Program-made: the position numbers and the translations under genes
The notes under the pieces: model-generated
Told to the model about the DNA's origin: nothing
Seen by the model: only the letters and a program-made list of their open reading frames with translations
Database searches by the model: none
DNA from: Azolla caroliniana
Lineage: Eukaryota > Plantae > Polypodiophyta
Direction of reading: 5' to 3'
Assembly: GCA_043228905.1 (NCBI GenBank)
Contig: JBHGNT010000016.1
Span: 8,990,001 to 9,054,000 of the forward strand
Length of the DNA stretch: 64,000 nt
Shown here: positions 11,926 to 27,345 of the stretch, in pieces
Position numbering within the stretch: the first letter of the stretch is position 1
How the letters are laid out: each line of letters starts with the position of its first letter

Positions 11926-14900
11926 TAGATCCATTGTCTTAGTACTACCGAAATGTCCAGTTGTATGGGTGTCGTGACAATTTTGGATGATTTGAAGGCG
12001 ACAGGAGCAATCTAGAACATACACGAGATTTTTAAAGAATAATAAACTATCATGATATTCGAATTTTCGGTAGTCCATACCTAGTTGTTGAGACTGGGAA
12101 CAGGATGCCCAAGAGGCATCAATTTGCACTAGAATGGCTTGAGCAAAACTGTCCGTCTTCAAATTGGCACGTATGGCATCGATAATCCGGGAATCCAGTA
12201 GAGTGTGAAAAATCCACGTTGTGTGCAAATGTGTTGGTTCCAATATTACCTACTTTTGATTATCAAATGTTGGATCACCAGGACAAGGTGCAAGATATGA
12301 GCGTCGCGATAGTGCATCTGCTTTTCCTTGTTGCTTCCCTGGCCGATATGTGATTTGGAAGTCAAAACGCGGGAGGAATTGGGCCAACCGAGCATGCCAT
12401 CGATTTAGTACGCGAGCGTTCTGGAAATAAGCAAGATTTTTGTGATCACGGAAGACGGTGACCTGATGAGGAGAACCCTGTAAGAAGTGTTTCCATTGCA
12501 CAAACGAATCCACGATAGGTAATAACTCCTTGTCATGTATCTCATAGTTTATTTCCACGGCATCATATTTGCGCGAGTGGAAAGCCACTGGATGTAACTC
12601 TTCTTTATCTCCTTGTTGTGAAAGGATGCTACCGAGGGCGAAACCCGATGCGTCAGCCTCCATGATGAATGGTTTGTTTGTATCTGTATCCACATGAGCT
12701 AGAATAGGACCTGATGTAAAGGCTTTCTTAATATGCATAAAAGCCATGTCCATTTCATTGGACCAAAGAAATGATTGTCCCTTCTTGGTAAGTTGTGTGA
12801 GAGGCAAAATAATCTTCGAGTAATCTTGTATAAACTTGTGGTAGAAGTTAGTGAAGCCTAGGAAACATTGCACATCTCGTAACGAACATGGAGGTTGCCA
12901 CTCTAACACAGTTTTGACTTTAGTTGGATCCATGGAGATGCCTTTTGAGGAGATGACGTAGCCTAGAAATTCCACTTGTTTGCAGTCAAAGCTACATTTT
13001 TCTAGTTTGGCATAAAGACCATGCTCTCGGAGTCGTTTTAGTACAATAAGTACATGAGAATCATGCTCTTCCTAGGTCTTCTAATAAATCAATAGATAAG
13101 CCAAATAGATGATCAAACGAATATCCAAGAGGTCTCTGAATATATCATTTGCCATGTGCTAGAAGACAATGGGTGCATTGGTTAGACCGAATGGCATAAC
13201 GGTATACTCAAAGTGCCCATATCGGGTGTGAAAAGCGGTCTTCCATTCGCCTCCCAGTCGGATCCGCATGAGGTTATATGCTCCTCATAAATCGATTTTT
13301 GTAAAAAACATGGCACCATTTACACGTTCTAAAAGACTTGATATAAGGGGAAGTGCATACATATTCCTGATGGTGACCTTATTCAAGCTACGGTAAGCAA
13401 CGACGAGACGAAGGGATCCATCCTTCTTCTTGACAAAGAAAATGGGTGCACCGGCCAGATATTTCGAATGACGAATAAACCTGCTTGCCAAATTCTCCTC
13501 TATGTAGGCTCGAAGGACTTCCAACTCGATTGGTGACAAGTTGTAAATCGATCCCCACGGTGGCTCTTTTCCTAGTTGTAAATCGATCGGACAATCATAG
13601 GGACGATGATGAGGAAGAGTACAGGCTTTTACCTTGTCAAATACATCGACATAAGGATGATATTTCGAGGGAAGTTGAACTAAGGATTCCTTCTTAATAG
13701 TGCTAGAAGGATGTACAGATATTGCAAATAGAAACATTGACTCTTTGCGTCCTTCTTCGCGTAATTCATGAAGCGAAATGGTCAAATCTCGATGAGTAGA
13801 TTCTCGGGGTTGTCGATATCAGAATTCTCTTGTTCTCCAATCTATGTCTGGATTATGTAATTCAAACCAAGGTAAGCCCAAGACAATGGGATGCTCTGGA
13901 CTACTAATTATATTAAATGATATCACACACACAAAGCTATCTAGGACAACTTGAATGGGTTCTGACTCTTCTACGATATTCCCAGAAGCAATGGGACGAC
14001 CATCAATGACTACTACATATGTGGGGCAAGGAAGTTTTCTTAAGGATATCTGAGAAGCTTGGGCAAAATTCTGATCCATGAAACAGGAATTGGCTCCGGA
14101 GTCTAAAAGTGCTAAGACGTGTACTGGAGGGGTGCTTTTAGTACTAACCATAACTTGGGGTAAGAACACATTGCTAACTTGCTTAGAGGGAATGGAACCA
14201 CTAATGGGTTGCACAGATCTAGGGTTGTCCAACCAAACGGCTCCTATTTTGGCTGGACTTAGTCATTTAACTCTTCCTCTAATTGACTAAGGATTTCAAA
14301 TTTGCTTGAGATACTTGGGCGATCAGAGCACTATTAATACTATCAGACACTTCTAAGGGAATTGACTCGGGTTTAGTACAGGCTACGATTTGATTTACCT
14401 GTCTTCTTAGCCTATGGGGACAGTTGATTGTGATATGCCCTGGTCCACCGCAATAAAGACATAATCGATTTGCATGCCGTTGTTGCTTTTCTTCTTCCGA
14501 TAACGGGCCAAGTCGACGCTGGTGTCAATGTCCATCGGTGTCCGAGTATTTGCCTGAGATACATCTCGTGCAAACGGTTTAGTTGCGACTGAGGCGTAGT
14601 GGGCTCTGGCCTAATCTGTGGTATTTGTAATTGTCGTTCCGAACGTCATTCAAAAAGGCGGTTGTCGCATCAAACCGCTCGACCGATTGCCTCTGTGAGA
14701 GATTTTGGTTCTTCGGGGAAGATTAAAAGTAAATCTTTGACGTCGTTTCACAAGCAGTAGTGAAACTGGTCCATTAATTCTTGATCATCCCAGGGGATAT
14801 TTGAGGCGAGTAGACAGAAATCTGCCGCGTAGGCAGAGGTTGGATGATCTGCTTGACGCAATCGTTGGATCTTGTTGATTGTCGTCCTGATGCTGTCTGT

Positions 14901-15823
14901 ATCTCCAAAGCAGGCCTTAAAGTCGCTAATAAAGTCTACAAAGTTATTAAGCAAGGGAGATTGTTTTTCTAAAAGCGGAGCGAACCATGCCAAGGTTGAG
15001 CCACTGATCAACATGCCTATTAAGCCTGCTCGGGATGCATCAGTGGGGTATCGGGAAGGATGCATCTGAATGACTAAACGTACCTGATTAATGAATCCTC
15101 TGAATTGTGATCGTGTTCCATTGAATTTCATAGGAAGTTCAATCTTGGGCTCTTTATGAAGTCCTTGGGAACTTGATCCCTGTTGTTGTAACATTACGAT
15201 GGTTGCTTCGAGTTGCTACACACATAACGCTAACTCCCCATGTTGTTGCTGCATTTGTTGTTTTTCTAAAGCGATTTGTTGAAGATCCCCTAACAATCGT
15301 TGGTTTTCTTGTTCCAATGCAACGAATTTTTCTTTTAGACACTGAAGTTTAGAAAAAACGGATTGATATTCTTGGGCGCTAACAGTACCCATATTATTGG
15401 AAAAAGGGGTAAGAGGATGAGGGAAACTGAAAAGAAGGCCAAAGGGAAAAAATTGGTTCAAATTGTTAGGAATAGTACTAAAACGAAGAGAGAATCAATA
15501 CTAGAGAAGGGAAGTATTATTAGTACTAAGAGGACTGACTGCGTAAGACTCACGAGAGAGGAAGAGAGAAAAGGAGAGAGAGAGAGAGAGAGAGAGAGAG
15601 CATGATGATAACATATGATATATTATGTGAAGAGTAAATACAAAATAACTATGAGGCTTAAGACTGACGTTGAACCAAATTGGTTCGAAATAATGCCTTA
15701 TGCCTCCTTTTATAGTGTTCTCAGGAGTAGTCCTGAAGCTTCTAGAATATTCTAGAGAAATCTGGAATATACATTAATTTTCTATAGAAAAACTTAAATG
15801 AAAATAATATCCTATGTCTTACA
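11926..15823 (-). mobile_element. Decayed Tcn1-like Ty3/gypsy chromovirus (5' LTR 15464-15823, gag, PR, RT, RH, start of INT)
   Basis: gag EPKIELPMKFNGTRSQFRGFINQV; PR ALLDSGANSCF; [17 protein letters not shown]; RH EADASGFALG...NYEIHDKELL; integrase H-H motif HDTHTTGHFG truncated near 11926; LTR bounded by TG..CA. Confidence 0.9.
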
Positions 15824-15890
15824 ATAGATAGTGTAATGGACAAGAGCTCGACCCATATAACATAAGGTCATGAGTTTGAGTCTTGCCATA
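15824..15890 (+). repeat. Degenerate tRNA-like/SINE head
   Basis: A-box-like TAGTGTAATGG (15829-15839) and B-box-like GAGTTTGAGTC (15872-15882). Confidence 0.3.
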
Positions 15891-15919
15891 TCATGACACT
15901 CTTTGCCCGTAAATCTCTC

Positions 15920-17808
15920 TCTATATATATATATAAGACTCACTATACAATGTTAGGGTTGGGCTTATATACTCAAGGCCTCACTCGAAAACGTGTTCAC
16001 ACTTAAGGTTACAATATAGAAGGAGTCAACCTTTTATGCCAACATTGTCGACAACCTTTTATGCCCAAGTCAGTCATGCCACAACGTAGTTGTCGGCATT
16101 TTGGTGACATTGAGTGATCCCTCGGGACTAGTCACTATAAGCAGGTACAAATTATTGTAGTTACCACCATGGTCAATTCTGATATTTCCTTTACTGATCT
16201 GCCATGACGACTCACTTAGTGTCGTCCTATACTCGTCTTCGGCTAACATGCCGATGGAGACTAGACTCCTTTTCAAATCAAGTACGTGTTGGACACGGTG
16301 TAGGGTGATGATATTGCCATTAGGCAGCCAAATTGGGATGTCACCGATTCCGGCGATTCAGCCCTCCTACCCCTTGCCGAGTCAGACTGAGACGTCAGCT
16401 TCGGCCGAATAGTCTAAAAACCATTTGTGGCTCATGAATCGAGTAGCCACGTTTGTGCATCTTGTGCACTATACAAGATCTCTCCGATTGAAGAGCCTTC
16501 GAATGAGAGGATTTTTCCTTATTAGGATTCCGCAACATTAATTTGGTTGCAGAACGGGGGCGATTCAATTCAGAAGAGCCTGCATCTTGATCGAATTTGT
16601 GCTCATTTCCCTTTTTGACTGACCAATAGTCAACAATGTTGTGGCCAACTTTTCTGCAATGTGTGCAGAAAGCGTATGGCTTTCTAGTGCGCAACTTTGA
16701 CCATTGTCTGTCACTCCCCCTCCTTGGGCGGCTCTGGCTTCCGCCTGTTCTCTAAGTCATTTCTGCCAAAAATGGGCTTCTACATTGTCATTAATGGTGA
16801 CTCCCATTGATCTTCGTCGGATATCTTCCGACAATATCATTCTGATAGCTTCATCCAATGTCAACTTTGTGGGAACTATTTGTGAACGTGGTGCAGAATA
16901 CTTCCCAACCCGTTGGCAGGCTCGAGAGAAGCACGAGGGTTTTGATCTCTTCTTTGAAGTTCAGCCCTTGAGAGGAGAGTTTAGCTAACACCCGACTAAA
17001 GGTGTTAATATGGGAGGTTTCCGGCTTTGATTCCTTCATCTTCATATTGAACAATTGCCAGATCAATATGAGCTTTGATGAGGACAATTTCTTCTCATAC
17101 ACGGCTTGGAGTTTCTCCCATAGGGCATGTGCCAACTACTCTTTTGTCATGTTGAAGTAGACGTTTTCAGCCAAATGCATCTGTGTGGTCGATCGAGCGA
17201 TTTTGTCTAACGAGCACCATTCTTCTGTCGTCATTGAAGTTGGTTTGTTGTTGTAACTTGTGTCGTATTGCTTCAACTTGATGCAAAATGATTAGTACAT
17301 CTTGCATCATCTCCTTCCACATGGCAAAGTTTTTACTGTCAAAATTTCGGATCTCAACGCTAATGTTAAATGTCGATGCCATCATTCTTTTGGACGTGAG
17401 ATCTTGGCATGATCCTTTCCTTCGAACAATTTCTCTTCTCCTCGTATTGGTTTTTGTTGTCGAATCCTGCAAGCTCTGATACTAGTTGATGTTAATTGAT
17501 GACGCTTAAAAATTCTTGGCCGGCTAGTTGTAGAGTAGCAACTAGGATCTTCTATATGGACTAGGCAAACAACAAAGGAAAAACATTAGAAGATTTGGTC
17601 CATTGTTCAATCAGACAGAATATACAAAGAGTAGAACAAGAAGACGACAGTTACACAAAAACAGTTTTGCTCAAGAGACAATATCACATTACCCGTTGTA
17701 CACCTTGTTACAAGGTTCAGTTACACTTTTATACTTACGTTAACTGAACCCTAAGTGTGTTCGCACTAAGAATACAATTTTTGGTGGAGTGGGACTTTTA
17801 TCACAACA
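15920..17808 (-). mobile_element. Copia family B remnant (LTR piece about 15920-16044, gag-PR-GAG-pre-integrase, PBS, 5' LTR)
   Basis: gag LWEKLQAVYEKKLSSSKLILI and MKRSLVSIGMLAED match the element at 54990-57535; PBS variant GCTCTGATACTA at about 17473; LTR end CTTTTATGCCAAC is shared with about 57523-57535. Confidence 0.8.
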
Positions 17809-19297
17809 TACTTAGAATAGAATACACATGGAATATGGACGCTAAGTATTCTACAAGTATCTAACGTTTTTTTTAAATACTTAGAGTACGTGTAGGATAC
17901 TTAGGGCGATGATTGTCCAAAAGGTAGGAGAAAATCCTGAAGTGGGAACCATATTTTGTCCATACATCATTCAAACATTACTTTGTTGGAAGGTCCTTCA
18001 GACCAAGGACTCTTCATCTCTAGGTCTGAACCCTAGAGACAAAAGGGATGCCTAGAGATGAAGAGGATAGTAGAGGCCCAAAAGGTAAATAATGAAACAA
18101 AATGGGAAAAAGTGAAGAAAGAAGAGGAAAGAATAGAAAAATGATGAGGAAGACTCTATTACTTGTCAATGATCAATAGAAAGAGATAGAAATAGATGCA
18201 ATGTTTGTGGTTGGTGCTACTTGTTGATCATATATAACTATCACACAATGTGCTATAATAACTTAATGTTGTGAATGTGAGATACTTACATGATATATGC
18301 TATTATGCTTATCATGTGTTAGTGTATAACCCATGACATTTTATATGCTTTTGTAAACCTAAGATGAGGACACCGAATATGAGGAGCTTATAACACTTCG
18401 ATATAATGCACTCATTGTCATCTCAAAACATTTTGTTATCAACATCACACAATTTCTCCCAATTAGACACACCAACCCCTAGCCCTTATGCCCATATATC
18501 TAATCTATACTTCAACATAACATTAACTTGAAGAAAATACATCAGCATTGTGTGGATACAAACAACCTTGATACCACTAAAGGAGACTCTCTCATATCAC
18601 TCTTTTTTGGCCCCAATGGATTGTGTCTATATCCTCCATCAGTATAGTTAAGTATCATCATCATCTCTCTCCAATAGTGGAGTTTGATAGAATATAAGGT
18701 TCTTAGCTATAAGTTTGATGGATAAAGTACTATTTGAAGCAACTAAGTTTGTCCTTTTCCATATGTGATGCTACTAAATGAGAAATCTTTTGTAAGTAGC
18801 CCCATAAGCACAATAATATGCATCACCATCACAAAGAAGAGATTCTCATACTATTTTGCTTATCATGTAAGTAGCCTCATAAGCACAATAATATACATCA
18901 TCATCATACACATTGACTGAGTATATTGATAAGCTTTAAGAATCTTAACATTTTTAATCACTAAGATGTTGGTATTTACCAACACATTTGTTGGTAAATT
19001 TGCTAGCTTACTAAGTCGTCATCACAATATTTTTTATTTCATTTGCATTTTATTCCACAATTTCTTATCTTTTTGAAATAAAAAGAGGTTAAACATGACT
19101 CTACATAGGAAATGTTACAAACTTCATATCAAACTTAGTTGGGGAGAAAGAAAAATTGAACAATGCGGAGCTTCCGAAAATTTGAATACAAGGAGGGAGA
19201 GGGTGAGAGCTACCTACATGGCATCAAACATATATCTATATAAATATATGTGACTACCATGGGGGATAGGTGCACACACACACACATACACATTTCA

Positions 19298-21325
<2,028 letters not shown>

Positions 21326-21497
21326 GATGGGGATTATGATTGAACAAGGAGGAGGATGAAGAAGATGAGAGATGGTGGTGTTTTGAGAGAATGTGTTTTA
21401 TCTCATTACCTTTCTTAAGAGCCACACACACATACACACACACAACACACATTTACTCTCTCTCTCCTCATCCTTCCCTCCTCTCCCCCCAAAATCA

Positions 21498-21528
21498 TGA
21501 CACGTGTCACTTTGGAAGAGAGATAAGG
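21498..21528. promoter_or_regulatory. G-box plus I-box in the GAPA promoter
   Basis: Palindrome TGACACGTGTCA 21498-21509 and GATAAGG 21522-21528, about 175-200 bp upstream of the ATG. Confidence 0.55.
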
Positions 21529-21573
21529 TCCATCCATATACATCATCACAAATTATTTTCTTCACTAACCTCT

Positions 21574-21605
<32 letters not shown>

Positions 21606-22847
21606 CGAAGCAAATTGCCTTTGGTAGATTAGCATCGATGCATTCACTTTTTGATTGGTCGGAAAGGAGGCTTCTCAATAGAGAGGTGATAGGTTGAATG
21701 AGAGAAAGGATGGTTGTACATGGGATGGTTTTGTACCACGTGTTCCCCCTACCTATGTCGTTGTGGTTTCTCAATCTTCCTTCATGTACGCAATCTCCGA
21801 TCAAGGTACAACAAGTGCCTTAGATGCCACATGTGTCCACATACCAACCCAATCGATGGGCCTCAACTTACGTATAGCTATTGCATATTGGTATATTGTT
21901 GATTTCGGGTCATAACTCTCACATTCCTCTAGTGAAATAAAATCAATATGACTTGCAATTTTGTTCATACCGAAATGTCTCCAATAATGTAAACAGTTTG
22001 GAGCAAACTATGGCAATGCATCATCGTCATTATGAGCATGAAAGCGTACCAACATTACATTATCAACGATCCATATGCAACCTAAACTTATATCCCTCTT
22101 GATAAAGGAAAATGCTTGAAGTGATTGTGTACGAGTTCAACATGTATTGTGATCAACAATCATATGCCTCCTGACAAAGGGAAATTGTTTGACACAGTTA
22201 TGTCAAGTTCAACATGCATTGCAGCCATTGTTTAGTGACCATTAGCATAATATGGAAGGCACATGAGAAAGAGATTGGCAACCTTGGTAATACAATGACA
22301 ATAATGCACATTTGAACTCCTTGTTATAATGCAAGTGAACTCAAGTACCTGTTACTCGAGCATTATTAAAGTAGATACGTAGAATCTTCTAAGAAAATAT
22401 GAGCACCTTGAACACCCATTGTCTTCACAAGTACCTTCCCCGGAAATCTTAGGCATGTACCACCATTCTTTTTACTAATTCTCAATATGCTATGCTCAAG
22501 AAGGAAAAACAATGATCACAGTTGAGCATCTAAAATATAAGTATGGAACTTTCGTCCACAGGAAACAATACTTGCAATGTTCAGCGCATTTAAGATACAT
22601 TTTTTATTGTTCTCCTCTACGTTGAAAACTCCACTACAATTGATGGACAATTACCAACTCCTTTTCAGGACACAATTGTCAATTTGCAATAACAGAGGAC
22701 AGGTAGGAGTCAAATGACTGAACTGTGGATGGAGCCTCTAATTTTCAATCGGGTATTCATTGGATTGACTTTCTTTCTTATTGACTTCTTTATTTATCTA
22801 CTTGTGTTGTCCACGAGGTTTAAACATTAATGGTTTACTTCCATTCT

Positions 22848-25800
22848 TTATAGACTTGAAGGCATTTCCTTGTGAGATCCCTTTTTACCAGCTATCTTAA
22901 AAGATTTCATGGAAACAACAAAGATGATGACTACTCCAGATAATGCAGTGCAAACAGTAACAATTGCTACTACTCGTGAATGTGAAGGATTTCCTGATGG
23001 GACAGCCCACTGAAGCCTACTTGGTTTGGTACTTCCATTCCAAGTGAGTATTGACCACAGAGTATTTGGTATTATCTTCACATCACCAACACAATGAAAC
23101 AAAATGTAAGGGATATTGAGCGAGACCACAACATGACTGTCCAAGCTGAGTGGCTGCGAAAAAAAATAAAACGCCACAGCATTAGTACATAAAAATGGAA
23201 ATTCTGTTTACTGTTTTCATGTTTTTGATGAAAAAACATTACTACTAAAGATGATGAATATACAAAAAAAGTGCCATTTCCAGCTCAAAGACTTCCTCTC
23301 TTGCTCTCTCAAAGTTACACACTCTAACATCAAGGGGGAATCCCAAATTTGAACTAGTTTTCGGTGGGTTACACTTCAATACATACAATCAAGTATTAGC
23401 AAACCTCATTATTTGTTAGGAACCTCATTAGAGTCACTTCGATGCTCTCTAATCACACCTTTCCACTATTTACTTCGGGGACAGTGATTGGTCTAGTTTT
23501 AGGTAGGTGTCATCGTGAGACAATAATCATGAATAAGCAAAACCAATGCTCCAGTAGTAACCATGTGCACAATCCTTATTAGAGTCACTTTGATGCTCAC
23601 CAATCAGCGGAAGGTGGCAATGATCAATCTCTCTTTATGTGCCTCACTGAAATGAGAGAGCTTTGGAAATTAGGTGAACTCATTACCTGAGACAATATGT
23701 GGAGATTGTCAGGGTATTATTCCACAATGCCTTTCAGTACACGCTTAATAATCAGCTGGAAAGAAGTGTTGAGGCATTCAAATGGAGAGGGATAAAAGGT
23801 TATCAATGGAATTGCATTGCACTTTAAACCATTCACTGGAGCACACGATTTGAAGAACCGTGGGCTAGTATATGTACTATCACAAATGGAACATGTACTG
23901 TTCAGGGTATGATCAAATTGATATGTCCTATAGGCTGTAAGGACATAGTGCCTGAGGTTTAAATGCTCTAAGCCCTTACTGACACATTAACGAAGACTCG
24001 TTGATTTTATTGAACAATGAGGTCGATAAAGAGGCTTTTCTAGTGTGCTTTATTGAAATTGACTAGCCTCCAAATAACACTGGATTTCAAGGTTCCATAT
24101 CTTCAACTTCTCTGCAAATGCCCCTGCTCAACCCCTAAACGAGAGATTTGGGGAATGAGTTGACCATATAATTGCTCAAATTGCTGATCTAATTGAGAAA
24201 AGATAATATGCAACGGCCAGAGTTACAACGATCGGAAATTTCATGCCATATGGTACAAAGGAATGTTTTATAGGCGGATTTCTGACAAGGTGGAGTGCTT
24301 CTACTCTACTGAAGTATTATTTAAACTGCCAGTTAGAACTTAGCACAGGGGTCATTACCTATATGTACATACTTTATGTACAGCCTTAGGGCGTTTCTTA
24401 ATACTAATGCAGTATCGTTCTTGAAAAAAAAAGGGATTAATTGACCATATAATTGTGGGAATTGAGTCTTGACCAAGGGGCATATTGGGGAAATAAAGAA
24501 AAACTTAGGTATTTCAGAGTCTTTCCTAAGAAAAACTATCATGATTACAGAATATTCTGATGTGGCCAACCGTGTATGCTATTGGTGTTGAAACTCTAAA
24601 CACCTTCATCCAAAACACAAAGCAAACAGCTGTATCATAATTGAAAATGCAAAAATTTAGCACTAAACAATGTGAAACCATAAATGCAAAATTCATCTCA
24701 ACATTCTTCATAAGGTTTTAAATAAAGAAAGTAACCCAAGGTAGAAATGACTCACTGGATATCGGGCATGCAGGGGTAGTGATACATTCACTTGTACAAG
24801 ATTCTCCACTTGTGCCTCAACATTGCTATGAAGTACTATAATTGATTCACCAGAATGGAGAGCTGGCAATTCAAGGTTGTGATCTCCATATATTGTAGCA
24901 CTGACATAAGCTGTAAATCAGGATCATGAGATTAGTTCTTATAGCTAAATTAAAGAGAACAAAGAAACATATATATACAGACCATCAGTTTGCCAACAGA
25001 ACATATAGGAAAAATCCGAACTGCTAGCTAAATTGATTGTCTCACAGCAACCCAATAACTATAATAATCACTGCTAATAACCAGTTATTCCAACAAGCAA
25101 AATTAACAATTATGTCACAGAGTAACAGAACTATTTCATTAGTTCAAATAAAATAGTTAGCTTTGATTTTAAAGACTTTTTACACTAATATAACCACTTC
25201 ACCAACTAAACAAGGACAGGAAATATTTGCTTTTGGCAGGGATTACAAAATGCATATCATAAGTCCTTTTTAAACCCACCACAATGCTCTTGGATTATAA
25301 CGACACGGTGCATCATACAACCCACTTATGATACCAATGTATATTAGATATCAACCTATGAGATTTCCAAAATGTGCCTAAGGCTACCCTGGTATATTCT
25401 GAAGCATAGTCAATTCATATGGCCTAGAACCCAAAAGCAATACATATTGTGGTGTGCATGTGTTCCTTTGTGCCACCCTTTTAGCATACCCTTTTTAGGA
25501 TGCATGTACCTAAGCTGACCCACCCTTTTAGCACACCCTTTTTAGCTAAGCCAACCCAAATGGGTACCTTTGTATGAACTATAAATTGAGTAAGAAGTAA
25601 GAAGCTAACTAGGCTGGTTTTGATCTCTTATGTGCATTTCACATATTGGTGGAGATGCGGGGTACCAGTCCCCCACGTCCAAGCATCCACCTCTTCCCCC
25701 TCACCTTAGGTTGCCCACTAACTTCTTGTCCCACGAGTTTCCCCGATCCCCCTCCTACACGATAGCCCTCCTGTCCCCCACCTCAGCCAAGTCTAGGTGT

Positions 25801-27345
25801 CCCTCAGTCCACAGGAGTGATTGATCTCTATCCGCCAATAGCCCTCCTATCCCCCACCTCAGCCAAGTCCAGGTGGCCCTCAATCCACAGGAGGAATTGA
25901 TCTTTCCCCGATCCCCCTCCGACACGATAGCCCTCCTGTCCCCCACCTCAGCCAAGTCCAAGTGGCCCTCAGTCCACAGGAGTGATTGATCTCTATCCGC
26001 CTATAGCTCTCCTGTCCCCACCTCAGCCAAGTCCAGGTGGCCCTCAGTCCACAGGAGCGATTGATCTTTATCCGCCGATTGCTAGCTCGTTTTTCGTCAC
26101 TAGCCCCGTCCAACTATCAGGGCCGACAGTTCCGCGGGGATGTCCTCAACGCCGTTGTAGCTCAACTCGGTGTCCAGCAGATGTTTAAGTCCCCATACCA
26201 TCCTCTAACAAATGGCCTCACCGAACGCCTTAACAAGACCCTCAAGAAGGAGATTGCCGCTAACATCGATCCATGCCACAAAACCTGGGATCAAATCTTG
26301 CCTTTCGTCACCCACGCCTACAATACATCCGTACAGGCGTCGACATGGATCAACCCTTTTCGCCTCCCACCAAAATCGTCCATTCGAAACCTGCCAACAT
26401 GGATAATGCCACTTGGGAGCTCTATCTCCAACAGATGCTCCCACTCGTTCGACAAGCCACTGCTTATGTTCCTGTTCCTGTCGCTGTTCCTGTTCCTGTT
26501 CCTGTTCCTGCTCCGTGGTGTCTTGTTTCTCTCAAGGGGGAAATGTGGTGTGCATGTGTTCCTTTGTGCCACCCTTTTAGCATACCCTTTTTAGGATGCA
26601 CGTACCTAAGCTGACCCGCCCTTTTAGCACACCCTTTTTAGCTAAGCTAAGCCAACCCAAATGGGTACCTTTGTATGAACTATAAATTGAGTAAGAAGTA
26701 AGAAACTAACTAGGCTGGTTTTGATCTCTTATGTGCATTTCACAATATTATCAAAAACATGTATATGCATAAGAGATGAAGTGTTTCACACCATTCATTT
26801 GCACTTGGCTGTAAAGCAGATAGATGAAAATGTCCTTTACGTAATAGGCATCAATAAAGTTCAAGAGAATACATGGACTTGCCTCCTCGCACCACGTGAC
26901 CATCAAGTTCAAACATGTCAGCGAAAATTCCTCTAGGAAGCTTTTCAACCATCACCACTTCACATCCTTTTCTTTCTTTCCATTTAACTTTTATTGAGCT
27001 ATGTAGTTGACGGTGAGCACCATTACCGATGAGCTTCCTGTCTACTTCTATAATCTGCATTTCATAACCATCTAATGGTGATTGAGTGTATGATATGCAA
27101 TTCAACCAGTCACTGGAATCTAGATTTAACTCCAAGAATGCCTCATCAGGCAATTCATGTCTAGCATATTGAAGGGAGTTCCTCTTCATGCTTTCTCCAG
27201 AGGCAGAAGAAGAGCCATTGCAAGTTAATGGTATCAGATCTTTATTGCATATCTGCTCATGATTTTGCTTCTGAAAAACACATGACATAGTTAAACAGTT
27301 TATATTAAGAACTGAGTTATTTTGCACTGAATTCCCTCCCACGTG
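22848..27345 (-). CDS. PIGX: PIG-X/PBN1 family GPI mannosyltransferase I subunit (three 3' exons)
   Basis: Exons 26883 to about 27345 (5' boundary uncertain; RKLIGNGAHRQL, EKLPRGIFADMFEL), 24756-24910 (YGDHNLELP, LPLHARYP), 22848-23153 (WAVPSG plus C-terminal TM helix); phases consistent. Confidence 0.85.
25448..26744 (+). mobile_element. Non-autonomous gypsy-derived mini LTR element (TRIM-like) in a PIG-X intron
   Basis: Near-identical LTRs 25448-25643 and 26544-26744 (TG..CA); ATAT on both flanks; PBS TGGTGGAGATGCGGGGTA 25647-25664; PPT AAGGGGGAAA; integrase fragment SPYHPLTNGLTERLNKTLK. Confidence 0.92.
25762..26078 (+). repeat. Four-unit tandem repeat (76/89/76 bp spacing) with internal hairpins
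   Basis: Units start with ATAGC at 25762, 25838, 25927 and 26003. Confidence 0.9.

Noticed and set aside
25762-26078. Regular repeats as a possible CRISPR array or ribozyme array
   Set aside because: No unique spacers, no cas genes and a eukaryotic LTR context; no CUGANGA/GAAA core on either strand.
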